A DNA stretch of 64,000 bases. Source: Eledone cirrhosa. Its lineage: Eukaryota. The stretch covers positions 210,924,001 to 210,988,000 of the forward strand of contig OZ024741.1 in the NCBI GenBank assembly GCA_964016885.1, given 5' to 3'. How positions within the stretch are numbered: the first letter of the stretch is position 1; each line of letters begins with the position of its first letter. The notes beneath the pieces are model-generated. The model had not been told where the DNA came from and made no database searches. It saw nothing but the letters and a program-made list of their open reading frames with translations. Below, one piece after another: positions 39,531 through 53,400 of the stretch. Both the position numbers and the translations under genes were made by a program.

Positions 39531-42500
39531 TATCTCAGCCTCAGTCCACTGTCTCAGTCTCAGTCCACTGTCTCAGCCACAGTCCACCTATCTCAGCCAC
39601 AGTCCACCTATCTCAGCCACAGACCACTTATCTCAGTCTCAGTCCACCTATCTCAGTCTCAGTCCACTGTCTCAGCCTCAGTCCACCTATCTCAGTCACA
39701 GTCCACCTATCTCAGTCTCAGTCCACTGTCTCAGCCACAGACCACTTATCTCAGTCTCAGTCCACCTATCTCAGCCTCAGTCCACCTATCTCAGCCACAG
39801 TCCACCTATCTCAGCCACAGTCCACTGTCTCATCCTCAGTCAACCTATCTCAGCCACAGTCCACAGTCTCAGCCTCAGTCCACCTATCTCAGTCTCAGTC
39901 CACCTACCTCAGCCTCAGTCCACCTATCTCAGCCATAGTCCACCTATCTCAGCCACAGTCCACTGTCTCATCCTCAGTCAACCTATCTCAGCCACAGTCC
40001 ACAGTCTCAGCCTCAGTCCACTGTCTCAGTCTCAGTCCACTGTCTCAGCCACAGTCCACTGTCTCAGCCTCAGTACACCTATCTCAGCCACACTCCACTG
40101 TCTCAGCCTCAGTACACCTATCTCAGTCTCAGTCCACTGTCTCAGCCACAGTCCACTGTCTCAGCCACAATCCACCTAACTCAGCCAGAGTCCACTGTCT
40201 CAGCCACAGTCCACTGTCTCAGCCTCAGTCCACTGTCTCAGCCTCAGTCCACCTATCTCAGCCACAGTCCACCTATCTCAGCCACAGTCCACTGTCTCAG
40301 CCTCAGTCCACCTATCTCAGCCACAGTCCACCTATCTCAGTCTCAGTCCACCTACCTCAGGCTCAGTCCACCTATCTCAGCCTCAGTTCACCTATCTCAG
40401 CCACAGTCCACCTATCTCAGCCACAGTGCACTGTCTCATCCTCAGTCAACCTATCTCAGCCACAGTCCACAGTCTCAGCCTCAGTCCACCTATCTCAGTC
40501 TCAGTCCACCTACCTCAGCCTCAGTCCACCTATCTCAGCCATAGTCCACCTATCTCAGCCACAGTCCACTGTCTCATCCTCAGTCAACCTATCTCAGCCT
40601 CAGTCCACTGTCTCAGTCTCAGTCCACTGTCTCAGCCACAGTCCACTGTCTCAGCCTCAGTACACCTATCTCAGCCACAGTCCACTGTCTCAGCCTCAGT
40701 ACACCTATCTCAGCTTCAGTCCACCTCTCTCAGCCACAGTCCACCTATCTCAGCCTCAGTCCACTGTCTCAGTCTCAGTCCACTCTCTCAGCCACAGTCC
40801 ACTGTCTCAGCCACAGTCCACCTATCTCAGCCTCAGTCCACTGTCTCAGTCTCAGTCCACTGTCTCAGCCACAGTCCACCTATCTCAGCCACAGTCCACC
40901 TATCTCAGCCACAGACCACTTATCTCAGTCTCAGTCCACCTATCTCAGTCTCAGTCCACTGTCTCAGCCTCAGTCCACCTATCTCAGTCACAGTCCACCT
41001 ATCTCAGTCTCAGTCCACTGTCTCAGCCACAGACCACTTATCTCAGTCTCAGTCCACCTATCTCAGCCTCAGTCCACCTATCTCAGCCACAGTCCACCTA
41101 TCTCAGCCACAGTCCACTGTCTCATCCTCAGTTCACCTATCTCAGTCTCAGTCCACTGTCTCAGCCACAGTCCACTTATCTCAGCCAGAGTCCACTGTCT
41201 CAGCCACAGTCCACTGTCTCAGTCTCAGTCCACCTATCTCAGTCTCAGTCCACCTATCTCAGTCTCAGTCCACTGTCTCAGCCACAGTCCACTGTCTCAG
41301 CATCAGTCCACCTATCTCAGCCTCAGTCCACTGTCTCAGCCACAGTCCACTTATCTCAGCCTCAGTCCACTGTCTCAGTCTCAGTCCACCTACCTCAGCC
41401 ACAGTCCACTGTCTCAGCCTCAGTCCACTGTCTCAGCCTCAGTCCACTGTCTCAGCCTCAGTCCACCGTCTCAGCCACAGTCCACTGTCTCAGCCTCAGT
41501 CCACCTATCTCAGCCTCAGTCCACCTATCTCAGCCTCAGTCCACCGTCTCAGCCACAGTCCACTGTCTCAGCCTCAGTCCACCTATCTCAGTCTCAGTCC
41601 ACTGTCTCAGCCACAGTCCACTGTCTCAGTCTCAGTCCACTGTCTCAGCCTCAGTCCACTGTCTCAGCCTCAGTCCACTGTCTCAGTCTCAGTCCACCTT
41701 TCTCAGTCTCAGTCCACCTATCTCAGCCACAGTCCACTGCCTCAACCACAGTCCACTGTCTCAGTCTCAGTCCACCTATCTCAGTCTCAGGCCACTGTCT
41801 CAGCCACAGTCCACTGTCTCAGCCTCAGTCCACTGTCTCAGCCTCAGTCCACCTATCTCAACCACAGTCCACTGTCTCAGCCACAGTCCACTGTCTCTGC
41901 CTCAGTCCACTGTCTCAGCCACAGTCCACTTATCTCAGTCTCAGTCCACTGTCTCAGCCACAGTCCACTGTCTCAGTCTCAGTCCACTGTCTCAACCACA
42001 GTCCACTGACTCAGCCACAGTCCACTGTCTCAGCCTCAGTACACCTATCTCTGCCACAGTCCACTGTCTCAGCCTCAGTCCACTGTCTCAGCCTCAGTCC
42101 ACTGTCTCAGCCTCAGTCCACTCTCTCAGCCACAGTGCACTTATCTCAGTCTCAGTCCACTGTCTCAGCCACAGTCCACTGTCTCAGCCTCAGTCCACCT
42201 ATCTCAGCCACAGTCCACTTATCTCAGTCTCAGTCCACTGTCTCATCCTCAGTCAACCTATCTCAGCCACAGTCCACTGTCTCAGGCTCAGTCCACCTAT
42301 CTCAGTCTCAGTCCACCTATATCAGCTTCAGTCCACCTATCTCAGCCGCAGTCCACCTATCTCAGCCTCAGTCCACTGTCTCAGTCTCAGTCCACTGTCT
42401 CAGCCACAGTCCACTGTCTCAGCCACAGTCCACCTATCTCAGCCTCAGTCCACTGTCTCAGTCTCAGTCCACTGTCTCAGCCACAGTCCACCTATCTCAG

Positions 42501-45229
42501 CCACAGTCCACCTATCTCAGCCACAGACCACTTATCTCAGTCTCAGTCCACCTATCTCAGTCTCAGTCCACTGTCTCAGCCTCAGTCCACCTATCTCAGT
42601 CACAGTCCACCTATCTCAGTCTCAGTCCACTGTCTCAGCCACAGACCACTTATCTCAGTCTCAGTCCACCTATCTCAGTCTCAGTCCACCTATCTCAGCC
42701 TCAGTCCACCTATCTCAGCCACAGTCCACCTATCTCAGCCACAGTCCACTGTCTCATCCTCAGTCAACCTATCTCAGCCACAGTCCACAGTCTCAGCCTC
42801 AGTCCACCTATCTCAGCCAGAGTCTCACTGTCTCAGCCTCAGTCCACTCTCTCAGCCACAGTCCACCTATCTCAGCCTCAGTCCACTGTCTCAGTCTCAG
42901 TCCACTGTCTCAGCCACAGTCCACTGTCTCAGCCACAGTCCACCTATCTCAGCCTCAGTCCACTGTCTCAGTCTCAGTCCACTGTCTCAGCCACAGTCCA
43001 CCTATCTCAGCCACAGTCCACCTATCTCAGCCACAGACCACTTATCTCAGTCTCAGTCCACCTATCTCAGTCTCAGTCCACTGTCTCAGCCTCAGTCCAC
43101 CTATCTCAGTCACAGTCCACCTATCTCAGTCTCAGTCCACTGTCTCAGCCACAGACCACTTATCTCAGTCTCAGTCCACCTATCTCAGTCTCAGTCCACC
43201 TATCTCAGCCTCAGTCCACCTATCTCAGCCACAGTCCACCTATCTCAGCCACAGTCCACTGTCTCATCCTCAGTCAACCTATCTCAGCCACAGTCCACAG
43301 TCTCAGCCTCAGTCCACCTATCTCAGCCACAGTCTCACTGTCTCAGCCTCAGTCCACTCTCTCAGCCACAGTCCACTTATCTCAGTCTCAGTCCACTGTC
43401 TCAGCCACAGTCCACTGTCTCAGCCTCAGTCCACCTATCTCAGCCACAGTCCACTTATCTCAGTCTCAGTCCACTGTCTCATCCTCAGTCAACCTATCTC
43501 AGCCACAGTCCACTGTCTCAGCCTCAGTCCACTGTCTCAGCCACAGTCCACAGTCTCAGCCTCAGTCCGCCTATCTCAGTCTCAGTCCACCTATCTCAGT
43601 CTCAGTCCACCTATCTCAGCTTCAGTCCACCTATCTCAGCCACAGTCCACCTATCTCAGCCTCAGTCCACTGTCTCAGTCTCAGTCCACTGTCTCAGCCA
43701 CAGTCCACTGTCTCAGCCACAGTCCACCTATCTCAGCCTCAGTCCACTGTCTCAGTCTCAGTCCACTGTCTCAGCCACAGTCCACCTATCTCAGCCACAG
43801 TCCACCTATCTCAGCCACAGACCACTTATCTCAGTCTCAGTCCACCTATCTCAGTCTCAGTCCACTGTCTCAGCCTCAGTCCACCTATCTCAGTCACAGT
43901 CCACCTATCTCAGTCTCAGTCCACTGTCTCAGCCACAGACCACTTATCTCAGTCTCAGTCCACCTATCTCAGCCTCAGTCCACCTATCTCAGCCACAGTC
44001 CACCTATCTCAGCCACAGTGCACTGTCTCATCCTCAGTCAACCTATCTCAGCCACAGACCACAGTCTCAGCCTCAGTCCACCTATCTCAGTCTCAGTCCA
44101 CCTACCTCAGCCTCAGTCCACCTATCTCAGCCATAGTCCACCTATCTCAGCCACAGTCCACTGTCTCATCCTCAGTCAACCTATCTCAGCCTCAGTCCAC
44201 TGTCTCAGTCTCAGTCCACTGTCTCAGCCACAGTCCACTGTCTCAGCCTCAGTACACCTATCTCAGCCACAGTCCACTGTCTCAGCCTCAGTACACCTAT
44301 CTCAGTCTCAGTCCACTGTCTCAGCCACAGTCCACTGTCTCAGCCACAATCCACCTAACTCAGCCAGAGTCCACTGTCTCAGCCACAGTCCACTGTCTCA
44401 GCCTCAGTCCACTGTGTCAGCCTCAGTCCACCTATCTCAGCCACAGTCCACCTATCTCAGCCACAGTCCACTGTCTCAGCCTCAGTCCACCTATCTCAGC
44501 CACAGTCCACCTATCTCAGTCTCAGTCCACCTACCTCAGCCTCAGTCCACCTATCTCAGCCACAGTCCACGTATCTCAGCCACAGTCCACTATCTCAGCC
44601 TCAGTCCACTGTCTCAGTCTCAGTCCACAGTCTCAGCCACAGTCCACTGTCTCAGCCACAGTCCACCTATCTCAGCCACAGTCCACTGTCTCAGCTTCAG
44701 TCCACCTATCTCAGCCACAGTCCACCTATCTCAGCCACAGTCCACTGTCTCAGCCTCAGTCCACCTATCTCAGCCACAGTCCACCTATCTCAGCCACAGT
44801 CCACTGTCTCAGCCACAGTCCATTGTCTCAGCCTCAGTCCACTGTCTCAGCCTCAGTACACCTATCTCAGCCACAGTCCACTGTCTCAGCCTCAGTCCAC
44901 CTATCTCAGCCACAGTCCACCTATCTCAGCGACAGTCCACTGTCTCAGCCACAGTCCACTGTCTCAGCCTCAGTCCACTGTCTCAGCCTCAGTCCACCTA
45001 TCTCAGCCACAGTCCACTGTCTCAGCCACAGTCCACTGTCTCAGCCTCAGTTCACTGTCTCAGCCACAGTCCACTGTCTCAGCTACAGTCCACTGTCTGA
45101 GCCACAGTCCATTGTCTCAGCCTCAGTCCACTGTCTCAGCCTCAGTACACCTATCTCAGCCACAGTCCACTGTCTCAGCCTCAGTCCACCTATCTCAGCC
45201 ACAGTCCACCTATCTCAGCCAGAGTCCAC

Positions 45230-48200
45230 TGTCTCAGCCACAGTCCATTGTCTCAGCCTCAGTCCACTGTCTCATCCTCAGTACACCTATCACAGCCACA
45301 GTCCACTGTCTCAGCCTCAGTCCACCTATCTCAGCCACAGTCCACCTATCTCAGCCACAGTCCACTGTCTCAGCCACAGTCCATTGTCTCAGCCTCAGTC
45401 CACCGTCTCAGCCTCAGTACACCTATCTCAGCCACAGTCCACTGTCTCAGCCACAATCCACCTATCTCAGCCAGAGTCCACCGTCTCAGCCACAGTCCAC
45501 TGTCTCAGCCACAGTCCACTGTCTCAGTCTCATTCCACTGTCTCAGCCTCAGTCCACCTATCTCAGTCTCAGTCCACTGTCTCTGCCTCAGTCCACCTAT
45601 CTCAGTCACAGTCCACTGTCTCAGCCACAGTCCACTGTCTCAGCCACAGTCCACCTATCTCAGCCACAGTCCACCTATCTCAGCCACAGTCCACTTATCT
45701 CAGTCTCAGTCCACTGTCTCAGCCACAGTCCACTGTCTCAGCCTCAGTCCACTGTCTTAGCCTCAGTCCACCTATCTCAGTCTCAGTTCACTGTCTCAGC
45801 CACAGTCCACTGTCTCTATCTCGGTCCACCTATCTCAGCCACAGTCCACTGTCTCAGCCACAGTCCACTGTCTCAGCCACAGTCCACTGTCTCAGCTACA
45901 GTCCACTGTCTCAGCCACAGTCCACTGTCTCAGCCTCAGTCCACTGTCTCAGCCACAGTCCACTTATCTCAGCCTCAGTCCACTGTCTCAGTCTCAGTCC
46001 ACCTATCTCAGCCACAGTCCACTTATCTCAGCCACAGTCCACTGTCTCAGCCTCAGTCCACTGTCTCAGCCACAGTCCACTGTCTCAGCCACAGTCCACT
46101 TATCTCAGTCTCAGTCCACTGTCTCAGCCACAGTCCACTGTCTCATCCTCAGTCCACCTATCTCAGCCACAGTCCACAGTCTCAGCCTCAGTCCACCTAC
46201 CTCAGCCTCAGTCCACCTATCTCAGCCACAGTCCACGTATCTCAGCCACAGTCCACTGTCTCAGCATCAGTCCACTGTCTCAGCCACAGTCCACTGTCTC
46301 AGCCTCAATACACCTATCTCAGCCACAGTCCACTGTCTCAGCCACAGTCCACTGTCTCAGCCTCAGTCCACTGTCTCAGCCACAGTCCACCTATCTCAGC
46401 CACAGTCCACTGTCTCAGCCACAGTCCACCTATCTCAGCCTCAGTCCACTGTCTCAGTCTCAGTCCACTGTCTCAGCCACAGTCCACTGTCTCAGCCTCA
46501 GTCCACCTATCTCAGCCACAGTCCACTTATCTCAGTCTCAGTCCACTGTCTCATCCTCAGTCAACCTATCTCAGCCACAGTCCACTGTCTCAGCCTCAGT
46601 CCACTGTCTCAGCCACAGTCCACAGTCTCAGCCTCAGTCCACCTATCTCAGTCTCAGTCCACCTATCTCAGTCTCAGTCCACCTATCTCAGCTTCAGTCC
46701 ACCTATCTCAGCCACAGTCCACCAATCTCAGCCTCAGTCCACTGTCTCAGTCTCAGTCCACTGTCTCAGCCACAGTCCACTGTCTCAGCCACAGACCACT
46801 TATCTCAGTCTCAGTCCACCTATCTCAGTCTCAGTCCACCTATCTCAGCCTCAGTCCACCTATCTCAGCCACAGTCCACCTATCTCAGCCACAGTCCACT
46901 GTCTCATCCTCAGTCAACCTATCTCAGCCACAGTCCACAGTCTCAGCCTCAGTCCACCTATCTCAGCCACAGTCTCACTGTCTCAGCCTCAGTCCACTCT
47001 CTCAGCCACAGTCCACTTATGTCAGTCTCAGTCCACTGTCTCAGCCACAGTCCACTGTCTCAGCCTCAGTCCACTGTCTCAGCCACAGTCCACAGTCTCA
47101 GCCTCAGTCCACCTATCTCAGTCTCAGTCCACCTATCTCAGTCTCAGTCCACCTATCTCAGCTTCAGTCCACCTCTCTCAGCCACAGTCCACCTATCTCA
47201 GCCTCAGTCCACTGTCTCAGTCTCAGTCCACTCTCTCAGCCACAGTCCACTGTCTCAGCCACAGTCCACCTATCTCAGCCTCAGTCCACTGTCTCAGTCT
47301 CAGTCCACTGTCTCAGCCACAGTCCACCTATCTCAGCCACAGTCCACCTATCTCAGCCACAGACCACTTATCTCAGTCTCAGTCCACCTATCTCAGTCTC
47401 AGTCCACTGTCTCAGCCTCAGTCCACCTATCTCAGTCACAGTCCACCTATCTCAGTCTCAGTCCACTGTCTCAGCCACAGACCACTTATCTCAGTCTCAG
47501 TCCACCTATCTCAGCCTCAGTCCACCTATCTCAGCCACAGTCCACCTATCTCAGCCACAGTCCACTGTCTCATCCTCAGTCAACCTATCTCAGCCACAGT
47601 CCACAGTCTCAGCCTCAGTCCACCTATCTCAGTCTCAGTCCACCTACCTCAGCCTCAGTCCACCTATCTCAGCCATAGTCCACCTATCTCAGCCACAGTC
47701 CACTGTCTCATCCTCAGTCAACCTATCTCAGCCACAGTCCACAGTCTCAGCCTCAGTCCACTGTCTCAGTCTCAGTCCACTGTCTCAGCCACAGTCCACT
47801 GTCTCAGCCTCAGTACACCTATCTCAGCCACAGTCCACTGTCTCAGCCTCAGTACACCTATCTCAGTCTCAGTCCACTGTCTCAGCCACAGTCCGCTGTC
47901 TCAGCCACAATCCACCTAACTCAGCCAGAGTCCACTGTCTCAGCCACAGTCCACTGTCTCAGCCTCAGTCCACTGTCTCAGCCTCAGTCCACCTATCTCA
48001 GCCACAGTCCACCTATCTCAGCCACAGTCCACTGTCTCAGCCTCAGTCCACCTATCTCAGCCACAGTCCACCTATCTCAGTCTCAGTCCACCTACCTCAG
48101 CCTCAGTCCACCTATCTCAGCCTCAGTCCACCTATCTCAGCCACAGTCCACCTATCTCAGCCACAGTGCACTGTCTCATCCTCAGTCAACCTATCTCAGC

Positions 48201-50460
48201 CACAGTCCACAGTCTCAGCCTCAGTCCACCTATCTCAGTCTCAGTCCACCTATCTCAGCCACAGTCCACTGTCTCAGCCACAGTCCATTGTCTCAGCCTC
48301 AGTCCACTGTCTCATCCTCAGTACACCTATCACAGCCACAGTCCACTGTCTCAGCCTCAGTCCACCTATCTCAGCCACAGTCCACCTATCTCAGCCACAG
48401 TCCACTGTCTCAGCCACAGTCCATTGTCTCAGCCTCAGTCCACCGTCTCAGCCTCAGTACACCTATCTCAGCCACAGTCCACTGTCTCAGCCACAATCCA
48501 CCTATCTCAGCCAGAGTCCACCGTCTCAGCCACAGTCCACTGTCTCAGCCACAGTCCACTGTCTCAGTCTCATTCCACTGTCTCAGCCTCAGTCCACCTA
48601 TCTCAGTCTCAGTCCACTGTCTCTGCCTCAGTCCACCTATCTCAGTCACAGTCCACTGTCTCAGCCACAGTCCACTGTCTCAGCCACAGTCCACCTATCT
48701 CAGCCACAGTCCACCTATCTCAGCCACAGTCCACTTATCTCAGTCTCAGTCCACTGTCTCAGCCACAGTCCACTGTCTCAGCCTCAGTCCACTGTCTTAG
48801 CCTCAGTCCACCTATCTCAGTCTCAGTTCACTGTCTCAGCCACAGTCCACTGTCTCTATCTCGGTCCACCTATCTCAGCCACAGTCCACTGTCTCAGCCA
48901 CAGTCCACTGTCTCAGCCACAGTCCACTGTCTCAGCTACAGTCCACTGTCTCAGCCACAGTCCACTGTCTCAGCCTCAGTCCACTGTCTCAGCCACAGTC
49001 CACTTATCTCAGCCTCAGTCCACTGTCTCAGTCTCAGTCCACCTATCTCAGCCACAGTCCACTTATCTCAGCCACAGTCCACTGTCTCAGCCTCAGTCCA
49101 CTGTCTCAGCCACAGTCCACTGTCTCAGCCACAGACCACTTATCTCAGTCTCAGTCCACCTATCTCAGCCACAGTCCACTTATCTCAGTCTCAGTCCACT
49201 GTCTCAGCCACAGTCCACTGTCTCATCCTCAGTCCACCTATCTCAGCCACAGTCCACAGTCTCAGCCTCAGTCCACCTACCTCAGCCTCAGTCCACCTAT
49301 CTCAGCCACAGTCCACGTATCTCAGCCACAGTCCACTGTCTCAGCCTCAGTCCACTGTCTCAGCCACAGTCCACTGTCTCAGCCTCAATACACCTATCTC
49401 AGCCACAGTCCACTGTCTCAGCCACAGTCCACTGTCTCAGCCTCAGTCCACTGTCTCAGCCACAGTCCACCTATCTCAGCCACAGTCCACTGTCTCAGCC
49501 ACAGTCCACCTATCTCAGCCTCAGTCCACTGTCTCAGTCTCAGTCCACTGTCTCAGCCACAGTCCACTGTCTCAGCCTCAGTCCACCTATCTCAGCCACA
49601 GTCCACTTATCTCAGTCTCAGTCCACTGTCTCATCCTCAGTCAACCTATCTCAGCCACAGTCCACTGTCTCAGCCTCAGTCCACTGTCTCAGCCACAGTC
49701 CACAGTCTCAGCCTCAGTCCACCTATCTCAGTCTCAGTCCACCTATCTCAGTCTCAGTCCACCTATCTCAGCTTCAGTCCACCTATCTCAGCCACAGTCC
49801 ACCAATCTCAGCCTCAGTCCACTGTCTCAGTCTCAGTCCACTGTCTCAGCCACAGTCCACTGTCTCAGCCACAGACCACTTATCTCAGTCTCAGTCCACC
49901 TATCTCAGTCTCAGTCCACCTATCTCAGCCTCAGTCCACCTATCTCAGCCACAGTCCACCTATCTCAGCCACAGTCCACTGTCTCATCCTCAGTCAACCT
50001 ATCTCAGCCACAGTCCACAGTCTCAGCCTCAGTCCACCTATCTCAGCACAGTCTCACTGTCTCAGCCTCAGTCCACTCTCTCAGCCACAGTCCACTTATG
50101 TCAGTCTCAGTCCACTGTCTCAGCCTCAGTCCACTGTCTCAGCCACAGTCCACAGTCTCAGCCTCAGTCCACCTATCTCAGTCTCAGTCCACCTATCTCA
50201 GTCTCAGTCCACCTATCTCAGCTTCAGTCCACCTCTCTCAGCCACAGTCCACCTATCTCAGCCTCAGTCCACTGTCTCAGTCTCAGTCCACTCTCTCAGC
50301 CACAGTCCACTGTCTCAGCCACAGTCCACCTATCTCAGCCTCAGTCCACTGTCTCAGTCTCAGTCCACTGTCTCAGCCACAGTCCACCTATCTCAGCCAC
50401 AGTCCACCTATCTCAGCCACAGACCACTTATCTCAGTCTCAGTCCACCTATCTCAGTCTC
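45230..50460. repeat. About 2.2-kb duplication, offset about 3040-3080 (about 45.2-47.4 kb vs 48.25-50.46 kb)
   Basis: An identical 170-aa pseudo-ORF occurs at 45248 and 48288 (also 31465 and 63124). The TATCACAG, CTCATTCC, TCTTAG, CTCGG and CAATAC markers are shared. Confidence 0.82.
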
Positions 50461-53400
50461 AGTCCACTGTCTCAGCCACAGTCCACCTATCTCAGCCTCA
50501 GTCCACTGTCTCAGTCTCAGTCCACTGTCTCAGCCACAGTCCACTGTCTCAGCCTCAGTCCACCTATCTCAGCCACAGTCCACTTATCTCAGTCTCAGTC
50601 CACTGTCTCATCCTCAGTCAACCTATCTCAGCCACAGTCCACTGTCTCAGCCTCAGTCCACTGTCTAAGCCACAGTCCACAGTCTCAGCCTCAGTCCACC
50701 TATCTCAGTCTCAGTCCACCTATCTCAGTCTCAGTCCACCTATCTCAGCTTCAGTCCACCTATCTCAGCCACAGTCCACCAATCTCAGCCTCAGTCCACT
50801 GTCTCAGTCTCAGTCCACTGTCTCAGCCACAGTCCACTGTCTCAGCCACAGACCACTTATCTCAGTCTCAGTCCACCTATCTCAGTCTCAGTCCACCTAT
50901 CTCAGCCTCAGTCCACCTATCTCAGCCACAGTCCACCTATCTCAGCCACAGTCCACTGTCTCATCCTCAGTCAACCTATCTCAGCCACAGTCCACAGTCT
51001 CAGCCTCAGTCCACCTATCTCAGCCACAGTCTCACTGTCTCAGCCTCAGTCCACTCTCTCAGCCACAGTCCACTTATGTCAGTCTCAGTCCACTGTCTCA
51101 GCCACAGTCCACTGTCTCAGCCTCAGTCCACTGTCTCAGCCACAGTCCACAGTCTCAGCCTCAGTCCACCTATCTCAGTCTCAGTCCACCTATCTCAGTC
51201 TCAGTCCACCTATCTCAGCTTCAGTCCACCTCTCTCAGCCACAGTCCACCTATCTCAGCCTCAGTCCACTGTCTCAGTCTCAGTCCACTCTCTCAGCCAC
51301 AGTCCACTGTCTCAGCCACAGTCCACCTATCTCAGCCTCAGTCCACTGTCTCAGTCTCAGTCCACTGTCTCAGCCACAGTCCACCTATCTCAGCCACAGT
51401 CCACCTATCTCAGCCACAGACCACTTATCTCAGTCTCAGTCCACCTATCTCAGTCTCAGTCCACTGTCTCAGCCTCAGTCCACCTATCTCAGTCACAGTC
51501 CACCTATCTCAGTCTCAGTCCACTGTCTCAGCCACAGACTACCTATCTCAGTCTCAGTCCACCTATCTCAGCCTCAGTCCACCTATCTCAGCCACAGTCC
51601 ACCTATCTCAGCCACAGTCCACTGTCTCATCCTCAGTCAACCTATCTCAGCCACAGTCCACAGTCTCAGCCTCAGTCCACCTATCTCAGTCTCAGTCCAC
51701 CTACCTCAGCCTCAGTCCACCTATCTCAGCCATAGTCCACCTATCTCAGCCACAGTCCACTGTCTCATCCTCAGTCAACCTATCTCAGCCACAGTCCACA
51801 GTCTCAGCCTCAGTCCACTGTCTCAGTCTCAGTCCACTGTCTCAGCCACAGTCCACTGTCTCAGCCTCAGTACACCTATCTCAGCCACAGTCCACTGTCT
51901 CAGCCTCAGTACACCTATCTCAGTCTCAGTCCACTGTCTCAGCCACAGTCCGCTGTCTCAGCCACAATCCACCTAACTCAGCCAGAGTCCACTGTCTCAG
52001 CCACAGTCCACTGTCTCAGCCTCAGTCCACTGTCTCAGCCTCAGTCCACCTATCTCAGCCACAGTCCACCTATCTCAGCCACAGTCCACTGTCTCAGCCT
52101 CAGTCCACCTATCTCAGCCACAGTCCACCTATCTCAGTCTCAGTCCACCTACCTCAGCCTCAGTCCACCTATCTCAGCCTCAGTCCACCTATCTCAGCCA
52201 CAGTCCACCTATCTCAGCCACAGTGCACTGTCTCATCCTCAGTCAACCTATCTCAGCCACAGTCCACAGTCTCAGCCTCAGTCCACCTATCTCAGTCTCA
52301 GTCCACCTACCTCAGCCTCAGTCCACCTATCTCAGCCATAGTCCACCTATCTCAGCCACAGTCCACTGTCTCATCCTCAGTCAACCTATCTCAGCCTCAG
52401 TCCACTGTCTCAGTCTCAGTCCACTGTCTCAGCCACAGTCCACTGTCTCAGCCTCAGTACACCTATCTCAGCCACAGTCCACTGTCTCAGCCTCAGTACA
52501 CCTATCTCAGTCTCAGTCCACTGTCTCAGCCACAGTCCACTGTCTCAGCCACAATCCACCTAACTCAGCCAGAGTCCACTGTCTCAGCCACAGTCCACTG
52601 TCTCAGCCTCAGTCCACTGTGTCAGCCTCAGTCCACCTATCTCAGCCACAGTCCACCTATCTCAGCCACAGTCCACTGTCTCAGCCTCAGTCCACCTATC
52701 TCAGCCACAGTCCACCTATCTCAGTCTCAGTCCACCTACCTCAGCCTCAGTCCACCTATCTCAGCCACAGTCCACGTATCTCAGCCACAGTCCACTATCT
52801 CAGCCACAGTCCACTGTCTCAGCCACAGTCCACCTATCTCAGCCACAGTCCACTGTCTCAGCCTCAGTCCACCTATCTCAGCCACAGTCCACCTATCTCA
52901 GCCACAGTCCACTGTCTCAGCCTCAGTCCACCTATCTCAGCCACAGTCCACCTATCTCAGCCACAGTCCACTGTCTCAGCCACAGTCCATTGTCTCAGCC
53001 TCAGTCCACTGTCTCAGCCTCAGTACACCTATCTCAGCCACAGTCCACTGTCTCAGCCTCAGTCCACCTATCTCAGCCACAGTCCACCTATCTCAGCCAC
53101 AGTCCACTGTCTCAGCCACAGTCCACTGTCTCAGCCTCAGTCCACTGTCTCAGCCTCAGTCCACCTATCTCAGCCACAGTCCACTGTCTCAGCCACAGTC
53201 CACTGTCTCAGCCTCAGTTCACTGTCTCAGCCACAGTCCACTGTCTCAGCTACAGTCCACTGTCTGAGCCACAGTCCATTGTCTCAGCCTCAGTCCACTG
53301 TCTCAGCCTCAGTACACCTATCTCAGCCACAGTCCACTGTCTCAGCCTCAGTCCACCTATCTCAGCCACAGTCCACCTATCTCAGCCACAGACCACTTAT

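Larger units (their letters stand above)
27360..48245. repeat. About 7.1-kb dispersed duplication: about 27360-34500 vs 41125-48245 (offset 13764, then 13783, then 13743)
   Basis: GTTCACC 27367/41131 and GTGCAC 28371/42135 (13764). 30235/44018 and TAA 30573/44356 (13783). TAA 34174/47917 and GTGCAC 34423/48166 (13743). Confidence 0.88.
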
